Shown here: one piece after another, positions 40,784 to 49,594 of the stretch | How the letters are laid out: every line of letters starts with the position of its first letter | How positions within the stretch are numbered: the first letter of the stretch is position 1 | Source of the DNA: Alphaproteobacteria bacterium | GTDB taxonomy: Bacteria; Pseudomonadota; Alphaproteobacteria; MPNO01 | Direction of reading: 5' to 3' | Length of the DNA: 64,000 bases | Assembly: GCA_965200535.1 (NCBI GenBank) | Contig: CBDAUF010000002.1 | Span: forward strand, 1,794,107 to 1,858,106 | Notes under the pieces: model-generated | What the model saw: the letters and a program-made list of their open reading frames with translations, nothing else | The model's database searches: none | What the model was told of the DNA's origin: nothing | Made by a program: the position numbers and the translations under genes

Positions 40784-41191
40784 ATGTCCGAGATCGACGC
40801 TCTGCTCTTCGCCAACGAGGCCTTCTACCGCGCCTTCGCCGACCGCGACGCCGCGGCGATGGACGCCGTCTGGGCGCACCGCGAGCCCATCGTCTGCATC
40901 CACCCCGGATGGGATGTGCTGACCGGCCGCGAAGCGGTGGTGCGAAGCTGGCAGGCGATCATCGCCAACCCGAATTCGCCCGACATCTCCTGTCACGCCG
41001 CGGTGGCGTTCACAGGCGGCGAAATCGGGGTCGTCGTGTGTTACGAGGCGCTCGATGGGCAATACCTGATCGCCACCAACCTGTTCGTCCGCGAGGGCAG
41101 CATCTGGAAGATCATCCACCACCAGTCGGGGCCGACCCAGGGCCGCCCGCCGGTGGAGGAACCGAAGGCCGGCCCCGGGGCCTGGAACTGA
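40784..41191 (+). CDS. SnoaL-like/NTF2-fold small protein
   Basis: ~135 aa; AFYRAFADRDAAAMDAVWA pattern typical of NTF2-like (DUF4440/SnoaL) proteins. Confidence 0.55.
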   Translation: MSEIDALLFANEAFYRAFADRDAAAMDAVWAHREPIVCIHPGWDVLTGREAVVRSWQAIIANPNSPDISCHAAVAFTGGEIGVVVCYEALDGQYLIATNLFVREGSIWKIIHHQSGPTQGRPPVEEPKAGPGAWN

Positions 41192-41197
41192 TCCGCC

Positions 41198-42799
41198 TCA
41201 CGGGCGCGGGCGGCCGTCAGCCTCCATCCACAAGCCGCGCAAAGCCTCGCGCCTGATCTTGCCGCGGTCGGACTTGGGCAGTGCATCGGCGAACACGACC
41301 GACTTCGGCCGTTTGAACGCCGGCAGGTGGTCGGCGCAGTGCGCCATGATCGCGTCCTCGTCGAGGCCGCGGCCGGGCCGTGCGACGACGTAGCACACGA
41401 TCTCCTCGCCGTAGATCGGGTCGGGAACGCCGACGGCTGCGGCCTCGATCACCCCGTCGTGGCGCATCAGGACATGGTCGATCTCGAGAGGCGCGATGTT
41501 GACACCGCCGCGAATGATCAGGTCCTTGGTCCGCCCGGTGACCCGGACGAACCCGTCCTCGTCCATCACCGCGAGGTCGCCGGTCTTGAGGCGCGCCTGG
41601 CTATGGTCGTCCCACACCCCGTCGGGGGAGATGGTGGCGACGCTGGTCTGCGGCCCGCCGACGGTGACCTCGCCCTCCACTCCGGGCGGGCACGGCTCTC
41701 CGGCGTTGTCGACGATGACGAACTCCTGGTGCCGTGCCGGCGGGCCGACCGTCCCCATGCGCCGGCGGTAGTGCCGGTTGCCGCAGATCCAGCCGGCCTC
41801 CGACATTCCGTAGAGCTGAAGCAGGGTTACGCCGTACATCTCCTCGAACTTGCGCCATTGGTCGGGGCTGAGCGGGGCGGTCGAGCACGTCATCAGCCGG
41901 AGCGTGGGCACGTCGTCCGCTGTGATTCCGGTCGGTTCGTTGAGCAGCATGTTGACCACCGTCGGGACGCCGGCGGCGAAGGTAATCCCGTGATCGCGGA
42001 TCCAGTCGAAGAAGCGCCCGTGCGAGAAGCGCCGGGCGATATGCATGGTAAGCCCGGTCTGGAGAAACGGCATCAGACTCAGGATCTGTGCGGAATTCCA
42101 GCCGAAGGAGCGGTATTCGAGCGTGCGGTCGTCCGCCGTCAACCCCAGCATGTCGAGCGTCGACAACCCGCTCAGCCAGTACGCGGTGTGATCGAAGACC
42201 ACGCATTTCGGCTTCGACGTCGTGCCGGAGGTGCAGAAGATCGCGGCGATGTCGGAACTTCCGTTGTCGGTCGGCGCCTCGGGCGACGCCGGAACGCCCG
42301 GCAGGCGGGCAAAGAAATCGTCCGCGCCCGGCCGCCCTCCGTCGGGGCGCCAGTCGGCGAAGGTGTCGCAGCCCACGCCGTCTTGCGTTCCCTCCGCCAC
42401 ACCCATCGCGCCGGCGTCGAGAGCCTCATGGATGAAGACGTGGCGCGGTCCGATGCCGGCAAGAATTTCACCCACATAGGCCGCGTTCATCTCGACATTG
42501 AGAGGGCAAACCACGGCGCCCAATCGCCAGATGCCGAACCATATGATCAGCTTCTCGAGACTTTCCTCAGAGAGCAGGGCGACACGGTCGCCCGGCCCGA
42601 CACCGCGCCCGGAGAGAAAATTCGCCACCCGGTTCGCCGCATCGTGCAGGCCGGCGAAATCGACCCGGCGCCCACTGTCGAGATCGACGATCGCAGGCTT
42701 GTCGGGGTGACGCGTGCGGTAGCGTGCGAGCAACGCCCCGACGGGTTCGATGGGAAGAGCGAGATAGTGCTTGTCCACCCCCCGGTGGTTCGACGCCAT
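41198..42799 (-). CDS. AMP-dependent acyl-CoA synthetase/ligase
   Basis: CTSGTTSKPK AMP-binding motif, GEEIVCYVV, KSDRGKIRR; start MASNHRG at 42799. Confidence 0.8.
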   Translation of the reverse strand: MASNHRGVDKHYLALPIEPVGALLARYRTRHPDKPAIVDLDSGRRVDFAGLHDAANRVANFLSGRGVGPGDRVALLSEESLEKLIIWFGIWRLGAVVCPLNVEMNAAYVGEILAGIGPRHVFIHEALDAGAMGVAEGTQDGVGCDTFADWRPDGGRPGADDFFARLPGVPASPEAPTDNGSSDIAAIFCTSGTTSKPKCVVFDHTAYWLSGLSTLDMLGLTADDRTLEYRSFGWNSAQILSLMPFLQTGLTMHIARRFSHGRFFDWIRDHGITFAAGVPTVVNMLLNEPTGITADDVPTLRLMTCSTAPLSPDQWRKFEEMYGVTLLQLYGMSEAGWICGNRHYRRRMGTVGPPARHQEFVIVDNAGEPCPPGVEGEVTVGGPQTSVATISPDGVWDDHSQARLKTGDLAVMDEDGFVRVTGRTKDLIIRGGVNIAPLEIDHVLMRHDGVIEAAAVGVPDPIYGEEIVCYVVARPGRGLDEDAIMAHCADHLPAFKRPKSVVFADALPKSDRGKIRREALRGLWMEADGRPRP

Positions 42800-42821
42800 C
42801 CTGTTTCTCCCGGCAGGCAGG

Positions 42822-43757
42822 TTATCGGAGCGGCGCATTTTCCATGGCGAGGGAGCAGAGCGCCACCGCGATCCTGGCAGCGAGGCCGGCGTTGGCAGCC
42901 AGCAGCGCGGCATTGGCGTCGAGGCTGTCGCCGCCGGTCGCCGCCGCGACCCGATCGAGGAGGAAGGGCGTCAGCGCCTTGCCGCCGATACCGGCCGCGC
43001 GCGCGGCAGAGACCGCATCCGCAATCGCCGCCTCGATCCGGCCGCGCTCCAGCGCCACGGCTGCCGGCAACGGGTTGGCGATGACGAGGCCGGCAGGGAT
43101 ACCGAGCGCGCGCTGGGCTGCGATAAGCCGCGCCGCCGCCTCGGGATCGTCGACCCGGTGGGGCACGGGGATGCCGCTCTCCCGTACATAGAACGCAGGC
43201 AATGTATCGGTCCGGTAGCCCGCCACCGGTACGCCCTTCGTCTCCAGATATTCCATCGTCCGCGGCAGGTCGAGAATGGATTTTGCCCCCGCGCACACCA
43301 CGGCGACCGGGGTGCGGCCCAGCTCCTCGAGATCGGCTGAAATATCGAGCGTTTCCTCGATGCCGCGATGGACGCCGCCGATGCCGCCCGTCGCGAAGAC
43401 CGGGATGTCGGCGCGCGCCGCCGCGATCATCGTCGCCGCGACCGTCGTCGCCCCGTCGCTCCCCGACGCGACGGCCGCAGCGAGGTCGCGCCGACTCACC
43501 TTCATGACCTCGGGCCGCGTTGCCAGCCGCTCCACGTCCGCCCGGCAAAGCCCCACCGTGACGGTTCCCGCGATCACCCCGACGAACGCCGGTAACGCCC
43601 CGCCGTCCCGCACCGCACGGTCGAGCGCGGCCGCAACTTCGAGCGAACGGGGCTGCGGAAACCCGTGGCTGATCGCCGTGGTCTCCAGCGCCACCACCGG
43701 CTCGCCGGCCGCGACCGCGGCGCAAATGTCGTCGGCGACCCTGAACACCCGGACCAT
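42822..43757 (-). CDS. psuG: Pseudouridine-5'-phosphate glycosidase
   Basis: 311 aa; VALETTAISHGFP and PVFATGGIGGVHRG motifs. Confidence 0.85.
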   Translation of the reverse strand: MVRVFRVADDICAAVAAGEPVVALETTAISHGFPQPRSLEVAAALDRAVRDGGALPAFVGVIAGTVTVGLCRADVERLATRPEVMKVSRRDLAAAVASGSDGATTVAATMIAAARADIPVFATGGIGGVHRGIEETLDISADLEELGRTPVAVVCAGAKSILDLPRTMEYLETKGVPVAGYRTDTLPAFYVRESGIPVPHRVDDPEAAARLIAAQRALGIPAGLVIANPLPAAVALERGRIEAAIADAVSAARAAGIGGKALTPFLLDRVAAATGGDSLDANAALLAANAGLAARIAVALCSLAMENAPLR

Positions 43758-43991
43758 CCGCGCAACGTATCAAGTCCTCGAGAACCGTGCGACTGCCGGG
43801 ACATTTTCCGATGATGCCGGGTTCCGGGATAGGACAGCGTCAGGCCGCGGCCGCCGGCGGCGCGCCCGGCGCGGGCGACAAAAGGGCCTCCGTTGCCGCC
43901 CCGCCCGCGGGGCGCTTATAGTGTTGGCCTCGGTACACGACATCCTGCCGGCGACCGAGGTCTTCGTCATGGATCGAAACGGGGGAGAAAC

Positions 43992-45521
43992 ATGCCGAAT
44001 CTACGGATGACCGCCATCGCGGCAGCCGCGCTCATCGTTGCCGCCCCGGCAGCGGCGCAGAAATCCAAGGACACCCTTCGCGTCGGCTTCTACGACCCGA
44101 TCCCGGGCGTCGACCTGATCTACGACCCCAAGGGCGAGACCGCATTCACGGCGCGGGCGGTCTTCGACACGCTGATTTCCTACAACGAGCGGACGAAGAA
44201 ATTCGAGCCTCTGCTCGCCAAATCGTGGAAGACCGTCAACCCGACGACATTCGAGCTCGTCCTGCGCGACGACATCAAGTTCCATGACGGTTCGCCCTTC
44301 GATGCCGACGACGTTGTATACACGTTGAACTGGGTGGCCGACCCCAAGGTCAAGTTTCGCATCAAGACAAGATTCCTGTGGATCGCGAAGGCTGAAAAGG
44401 TCGACCGCTACACCGTGCGCATCGTCACCAAGGGGCCGCGCGCCGTCGCCATGGCCCGCATTGCCGTCAGCATTCCGATCTTCCCCTCGGACGTGCACAG
44501 CAAGCTGAAAAACAAGGCAGCGTTCGGAAAGAAGCCGATCGGGACCGGCCCCTACAAGGTCGTCGGCTACGACCCCAACACCGGCGTGCGCATGGTGCGC
44601 AACGACGACTACCGTCACGGCGTTCCATCCAAGCCGGCGGGCAAGATTGCCAATGTCCACATCCTGCCGATCCCGGACGTGCAGAACCAGGTCGCGCAGC
44701 TCATCACCGGCGGCCTCGACATGATCCACAACGTGCCGAAGGACCAGGCCGACAATCTCGCCCGCGATCCCAGGCTCGCAGTGACGGTGAGCAACGGCAT
44801 CCTGTTCCGCTATATCGCCTTCGATGCGGTCGGACGGACAGGAAGCGACGATCTGAAAGACGTCCGCGTGCGCCGGGCGCTGATCCACGCAATCGACCGG
44901 GATTCGATCCGCCGCAACATCTTCGCCGGCGGCGATGCGGTGGAGAAGATGGACTCGATCTGCAAGCCGCTGCAGATCGGCTGCGTCTTCGATACGCCTC
45001 CGCCCGCCTACGATCCGGCAAAGGCGAAGGCGCTGCTGGCGGAAGCCGGCAAGACCGGGCTCAAGCTGCAGATCACCACCCTGCCGGAGTCGCGCAAGGT
45101 TGCCGAGGCGGTTGTCGGCTATCTGCGCGCCGCCGGCGTTGAGGCGTCGATCAAGAGCGTCACCTTCGGCGCCTACCGAAAGCTGCAGAGGACCGGCAAG
45201 ATCCAGACCCTGGTGCACCAGTTCAGTTCTGGCGGGGTCCCCGACGTCGACGCGCTGGTGACCTTCTATTTCGGCAGCAAGGCGCGCAACTATTACGGCG
45301 ACAAGGAGATCGCGGGCTGGATGAAGACGGCCGGGGCGACCTTCGATATCGCCGTGCGGGAGCCGCTCTATCGAAAAATCTTCAACCGCATCAACGAACA
45401 GGCCTATATCGTCCCGATCGCGGGCCTGCCCTCGGTCTTCGTGCACGCGAAGGACCTGGAAATCGACAAGGGGATCATCAACCCCTTCGGGGCGCAACTC
45501 GGCAGGATAAGCTGGAAATAG
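43992..45521 (+). CDS. ABC transporter substrate-binding protein, family 5 (DppA/OppA-like), orphan
   Basis: Signal peptide MPNLRMTAIAAAALIVAAPAAAQ; RBS GGGGGAG; ~509 aa. Confidence 0.8.
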   Translation: MPNLRMTAIAAAALIVAAPAAAQKSKDTLRVGFYDPIPGVDLIYDPKGETAFTARAVFDTLISYNERTKKFEPLLAKSWKTVNPTTFELVLRDDIKFHDGSPFDADDVVYTLNWVADPKVKFRIKTRFLWIAKAEKVDRYTVRIVTKGPRAVAMARIAVSIPIFPSDVHSKLKNKAAFGKKPIGTGPYKVVGYDPNTGVRMVRNDDYRHGVPSKPAGKIANVHILPIPDVQNQVAQLITGGLDMIHNVPKDQADNLARDPRLAVTVSNGILFRYIAFDAVGRTGSDDLKDVRVRRALIHAIDRDSIRRNIFAGGDAVEKMDSICKPLQIGCVFDTPPPAYDPAKAKALLAEAGKTGLKLQITTLPESRKVAEAVVGYLRAAGVEASIKSVTFGAYRKLQRTGKIQTLVHQFSSGGVPDVDALVTFYFGSKARNYYGDKEIAGWMKTAGATFDIAVREPLYRKIFNRINEQAYIVPIAGLPSVFVHAKDLEIDKGIINPFGAQLGRISWK

Positions 45522-45531
45522 GGGCGGTTTC

Positions 45532-45573
45532 GGGGCGCGGACCGGCGGGACAGTTCGGGCGGGTCCGCGCCCC
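45532..45573. terminator. 12-bp GC stem-loop (GGGGCGCGGACC-N18-GGTCCGCGCCCC) between convergent genes
   Basis: Seen in sequence. Confidence 0.45.
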
Positions 45574-45579
45574 GGGAAC

Positions 45580-46476
45580 CTATTCGGCCGCTACCGCGGT
45601 GACCACCGACTCCCGGTAACCGCCCCGGCCAAGGCTTTCTTCGGTGAAGAGGTCGAGGTCTTCCATCCACCGATGCGTACGCTCGAACACCTCTCGGGTA
45701 TAGGGTTCGAACACGAGCCGCTCACCGGGTCCCATGCGGCGGACATCCACCATCGAGCGGAAACGCTCCGGCAATTCGCGCAGGAAGTAATGGGTATAGC
45801 GTTCGGGCTCGACATCCAGGTCGCGCTGCGCCCGGCGCAAGGCGCGGAAATATTTCCGCACATCCTCGAGATCGGCGTCGTTCGTCACCAGCGAGCCGAT
45901 CATGAAGGTGGTGTCCACGATCTTGCGGAAGCCGAGCTGCTCAAGCAGGTAGTACGGTGCCCCGAAACCATTGGCAGCGGCGGCCTTGCCGTCGATCAAC
46001 AGGGCCAGACGGTCCCATAGCAGGCCGCCGAAGTTGATATTGATCCGGCCGGGGTCGAGGAAACGCCGCAGCGCCTGGAGGGTCGAGTAATGGCTCCCTG
46101 AATGGTAGCCGACCTCGACGGGAACGTCGGCCAGATCCTCCGGAGTCTCGATGCCCGAATCGGGCGGTACGAATATCGCCGACGGCGTGACGGAATAGGC
46201 GTCAGCCCACATCCGGCCGTGTCCGGCCGACGCGGCCATGTTGACGGTCCAATGGCAGGCCGCGGAGATATTGCACGTGCGCCCGTCCTCGAATGCCTCG
46301 AAGGCCCCATGCCTGATCTCGTCGGGCGCTTCCTCGCTGCCCGCGGCCGTGACCGACCACCGTGCCGGCTCGCCGAGCGCGAGCACGTAGTCGAGCCCCT
46401 CGTCCCGGAAATAGCCGTGCTCCTCGGCGATCCATTCCTGCAGCCGACCATGCGACTCGATCACGAATTTGGCCAT
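45580..46476 (-). CDS. NMT1/THI5-like (SsuA-fold) protein; possibly 4,5-dihydroxyphthalate-decarboxylase-like
   Basis: 298 aa, cytoplasmic (no signal peptide); NINFGGLLWDRLALLIDGKAAAANGFGAPYYLLEQLGF resembles NMT1/THI5-family proteins. Weak call. Confidence 0.4.
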   Translation of the reverse strand: MAKFVIESHGRLQEWIAEEHGYFRDEGLDYVLALGEPARWSVTAAGSEEAPDEIRHGAFEAFEDGRTCNISAACHWTVNMAASAGHGRMWADAYSVTPSAIFVPPDSGIETPEDLADVPVEVGYHSGSHYSTLQALRRFLDPGRININFGGLLWDRLALLIDGKAAAANGFGAPYYLLEQLGFRKIVDTTFMIGSLVTNDADLEDVRKYFRALRRAQRDLDVEPERYTHYFLRELPERFRSMVDVRRMGPGERLVFEPYTREVFERTHRWMEDLDLFTEESLGRGGYRESVVTAVAAE

Positions 46477-46620
46477 GCACCCGTCTCCTTTCAGGTTTCG
46501 ACGGCATAATGGTTACTGGCCCCTTTGCCTGTCAACGATTCCGGGCAAGGATTCGGGGGCGGGAAACCGGAAACAGCCGCGCTAGACTGCGGCGTTACCA
46601 GTATAATGGGCGGAGGCGCC

Positions 46621-47895
46621 ATGCTCGACCACGACACCAACCGCAAGCTCTCCCTGGTCGGCAGGGATACGCCGATGGGGACGCTGCTGCGCCGCTACTG
46701 GCATCCCGTCGCGGGGACCGCCGAGATGGAACGCCAGCCGACCTTGCCGGTCCGGCTGATGGACGAGGACCTGGTGCTGTACAGGGACCTTTCCGGCGGA
46801 TACGGCCTGCTCGACCGCCACTGCCCGCACCGGCGCGCCGACCTCTGCTACGGTTTCGTCGAGGCCGAAGGGCTGAGATGCAGCTACCACGGCTGGCTGT
46901 ACGATGGGCGGGGAGCCTGCATCGAACAGCCGTTCGAGGACACCGCCGCGCCGGCCTCCCGGTTCAGGGAGAAGATCCGCATCAAGGCCTACCCCGTCGA
47001 GGAAAAGGCAGGGCTGTTATGGGCCTATCTCGGCCCCGATCCGGCGCCTCTGGTTCCGACATGGGAACCCTTCACCTGGGCCAACGGCTTCCGCCAGATC
47101 GTGCTCTCGGAAATACCCTGCAACTGGTTCCAGTGCCAGGAGAACTCGATCGATCCCGTCCATTTCGAGTGGCAGCACGCCAACTGGCGGGTGCGGGAAA
47201 GCGGCGCGGTACGTCCGTATTCCCCGAAGCATCTCAAGATAGACTTCGAGGAGTTCGACTACGGGATCACCTACAAGCGGATTCGCGAGGACACCGACGA
47301 ACGTCATCCGCTGTGGACGGTCGGACGCAACTGCCTCTGGCCGAACGCGCTCTTCACCGGCGACCATTTCGAATGGCGCGTCCCGATCGACGATGACAAC
47401 ACCCTCAGCGTCGGCTGGTTTTTCAACCCGGTTCCGCGCGACAGGCGGCCGTTCGTCCAGGAGGATATTCCGTGCTGGCGCGGCCCGATCAGGGACGAGC
47501 ACGGCAGATGGATCACCAGCCATGTGATGAACCAGGATTTCGTCGCATGGGTCGGACAGGGCACCCTCGCCGACCGTTCGCAGGAACATCTGGGCCGCAG
47601 CGATCGCGGTGTCATCATGATGCGCCGGCGCTTCCTCGACGACATGGAGCGGGTCGCCCGCAACGAGGATCCCAAGGCGATCGTGCGCGACGCCGGGCGC
47701 AACGACTGTATCCGGCTTCCGATCTTCGACCGCGATTTTCTCGTCGACGGGCCGACGCGGGAGCAACTCCGGGACGACGGGCATCCCCGCACACGCTCGA
47801 TGCTCAACTTTGTCTTCCAGGCTGGCCAGCCGGAGGACGTGCGCACCGCCTATGTCGAAGCGATGGGGTTCGCCGCGGAGGAAAGGGCCGGTTGA
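46621..47895 (+). CDS. Rieske [2Fe-2S] aromatic-ring-hydroxylating oxygenase alpha subunit (phthalate/KshA-type); paralog of 15542..16720
   Basis: CPHRRADL...CSYHGW Rieske motif, NWFQ...DPVH catalytic region; shared C-terminal SDRGV...RRR motif with the paralog. Confidence 0.85.
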   Translation: MLDHDTNRKLSLVGRDTPMGTLLRRYWHPVAGTAEMERQPTLPVRLMDEDLVLYRDLSGGYGLLDRHCPHRRADLCYGFVEAEGLRCSYHGWLYDGRGACIEQPFEDTAAPASRFREKIRIKAYPVEEKAGLLWAYLGPDPAPLVPTWEPFTWANGFRQIVLSEIPCNWFQCQENSIDPVHFEWQHANWRVRESGAVRPYSPKHLKIDFEEFDYGITYKRIREDTDERHPLWTVGRNCLWPNALFTGDHFEWRVPIDDDNTLSVGWFFNPVPRDRRPFVQEDIPCWRGPIRDEHGRWITSHVMNQDFVAWVGQGTLADRSQEHLGRSDRGVIMMRRRFLDDMERVARNEDPKAIVRDAGRNDCIRLPIFDRDFLVDGPTREQLRDDGHPRTRSMLNFVFQAGQPEDVRTAYVEAMGFAAEERAG

Positions 47896-48009
47896 ACCGC
47901 CCGAATCGGGCCGATAGCATATCGGCAACAGAGCAACCCAAGAACGGAACGACCACGTGCGGCGAGCGAAGCGGTCCTTCGTCTCGCGCCGCGCGGAAAG
48001 GGAGGATGG

Positions 48010-49047
48010 ATGAAAACCTTTACCAGAAGAATGGCGCTGTCGGCGGGTGCTGCCGGCCTGTTGCTCGCCGCTTCCCCGGCTTCGGCCGAGACCAAGATCC
48101 TCTTCAACTATTTCGTGCCGCCCAACCATCCACTGAAGATCGGGATCATCGACAAGTGGGCGCAACGGGTGACCGAGGCGAGCGGCGGCCGCATTGCGGT
48201 GGGCTTTCCGGCCAAGACGCTGGCACCGGCGCCGCGTCAGTGGAAGATGGTGACGTCCGGCATCGCCGACGCGACCGTGATGTACAACAATTTCGAGCGA
48301 AAGCGGTTGTCGCTGGACCAGGTCGGCACCTTGCCGTTCAGCATCACCGATGCGTCTTCGACTGCGACGGCGCTGTGGCGGACCCACAAGAAATATTTCG
48401 CAGCAAAGAACCAGTACAAGGGTGTCAAGTTTCTCGGCTACATCATGCACGGCGGCGGAGAGTTTTTCAGTCTGCGGGAGCCCATACTGTCCCTCGCAGA
48501 TCTGAAAAAGATGAAATTGCGGACGCCCCCCGGGGATGTCGCCAAGGCGATCGGCAAGACGGGGGCAACGGTCGTACCGACGCCCGGCGTCAAGGCTTTC
48601 GACGTGGTGTCCAAGGGTATCGTCGATGGAATGATCTTCCCCATCGGCGACGTCTGGAAGCTGAAGATGATGCCCTACGTCAAGCACCTGACCAAGGTGC
48701 CGGGCAAGATCTATGGCGCGGTCTTCTCGCTCTACATGAACCAGAAGGTGTGGAACAAACTGTCGAAGGAAAACAAGGCAATTGTCCTCGCCGCGTCGGG
48801 CGAGAAGATTTCCATGGATTCCAATAACTGGGGGAACGTCGATATCGAGGCCGAGGCGATCTACCGGAAACAGGGAATCGGCGTCCACGACGCCAGCCAA
48901 GCCTTCACGTCGGAACTGAAAAAGCTCTGGGCGTATCAGGACGATGCATGGATCGCCGCGGCGAACAAGGCGGGCGTGGACGGCCGGACCGCCCTGGACT
49001 ATTTCCGCGCGGAGGCGAAGAAGATCTACGGGGCGCGCAAGCAGTAG
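48010..49047 (+). CDS. dctP: TRAP transporter substrate-binding protein (DctP family)
   Basis: Signal peptide MKTFTRRMALSAGAAGLLLAASPASA; DctP-family length. Confidence 0.85.
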   Translation: MKTFTRRMALSAGAAGLLLAASPASAETKILFNYFVPPNHPLKIGIIDKWAQRVTEASGGRIAVGFPAKTLAPAPRQWKMVTSGIADATVMYNNFERKRLSLDQVGTLPFSITDASSTATALWRTHKKYFAAKNQYKGVKFLGYIMHGGGEFFSLREPILSLADLKKMKLRTPPGDVAKAIGKTGATVVPTPGVKAFDVVSKGIVDGMIFPIGDVWKLKMMPYVKHLTKVPGKIYGAVFSLYMNQKVWNKLSKENKAIVLAASGEKISMDSNNWGNVDIEAEAIYRKQGIGVHDASQAFTSELKKLWAYQDDAWIAAANKAGVDGRTALDYFRAEAKKIYGARKQ

Positions 49048-49062
49048 GGCGGCCGCCGATCG

Positions 49063-49581
49063 ATGCCCGACGGAGGGGACGGGCCCGGCGCAGCCGATAT
49101 CCGGCCCGACGGCCGATTCGAAGCGGTCCTGATGACAATCGTCGGGACGACCGTCTTTCTCATGATGGCGATCACCTTCGTGGACGTCGTCGGGCGTTAC
49201 GGTTTCAGCGCGCCCATTCCCGGCGGCTTCGAGCTGATCGAATTCCTGATGCCGTTGTCGATCTTCGCCGGCCTGCCGATCATCACCCGGCGCCGAACGC
49301 ACATCGTCGTCAGCATTTTCGACCGATGGTTTCGCGGCCGAACAGGTGAGATCCGCCGACTCGTTGTCGACGCCGGCTCGCTCGCCGTAGTCGCGTTCAT
49401 CGCGGAACGCATGTGGAGCCAGGGGCAGGGCCTCGCAGAAGCGCAAATCGAATCGGGCTATCTGGAATGGCCGATCGCGCCTGCAGCCTATGCGATCAGC
49501 GTGCTCAGCGCCGTGACATGCGTGGTTCTCGCCCTGATGCTGCTTCAGGATGTGAGAACCCTGTTCGGCCGGGGCCGGTGA
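49063..49581 (+). CDS. dctQ: TRAP transporter small permease
   Basis: 4-TM small protein between dctP and dctM; true start may be the internal Met near 49132. Confidence 0.7.
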   Translation: MPDGGDGPGAADIRPDGRFEAVLMTIVGTTVFLMMAITFVDVVGRYGFSAPIPGGFELIEFLMPLSIFAGLPIITRRRTHIVVSIFDRWFRGRTGEIRRLVVDAGSLAVVAFIAERMWSQGQGLAEAQIESGYLEWPIAPAAYAISVLSAVTCVVLALMLLQDVRTLFGRGR

Positions 49582-49594
49582 CGGGCCGCACGAC

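Noticed and set aside
39431-41122. 563-aa ORF suggesting a large N-terminal domain on the VanA-like oxygenase
   Set aside because: Homology to VanA begins exactly at the internal MFLRNCWY (40483). The upstream 213 codons are Gly/Arg/Pro low-complexity antisense to the SnoaL gene region.
40757-41191. Toxin-antitoxin or regulatory small protein
   Set aside because: The sequence pattern fits an NTF2/SnoaL-like fold (enzyme/binding scaffold) rather than any TA or HTH family. There is no partner small ORF.
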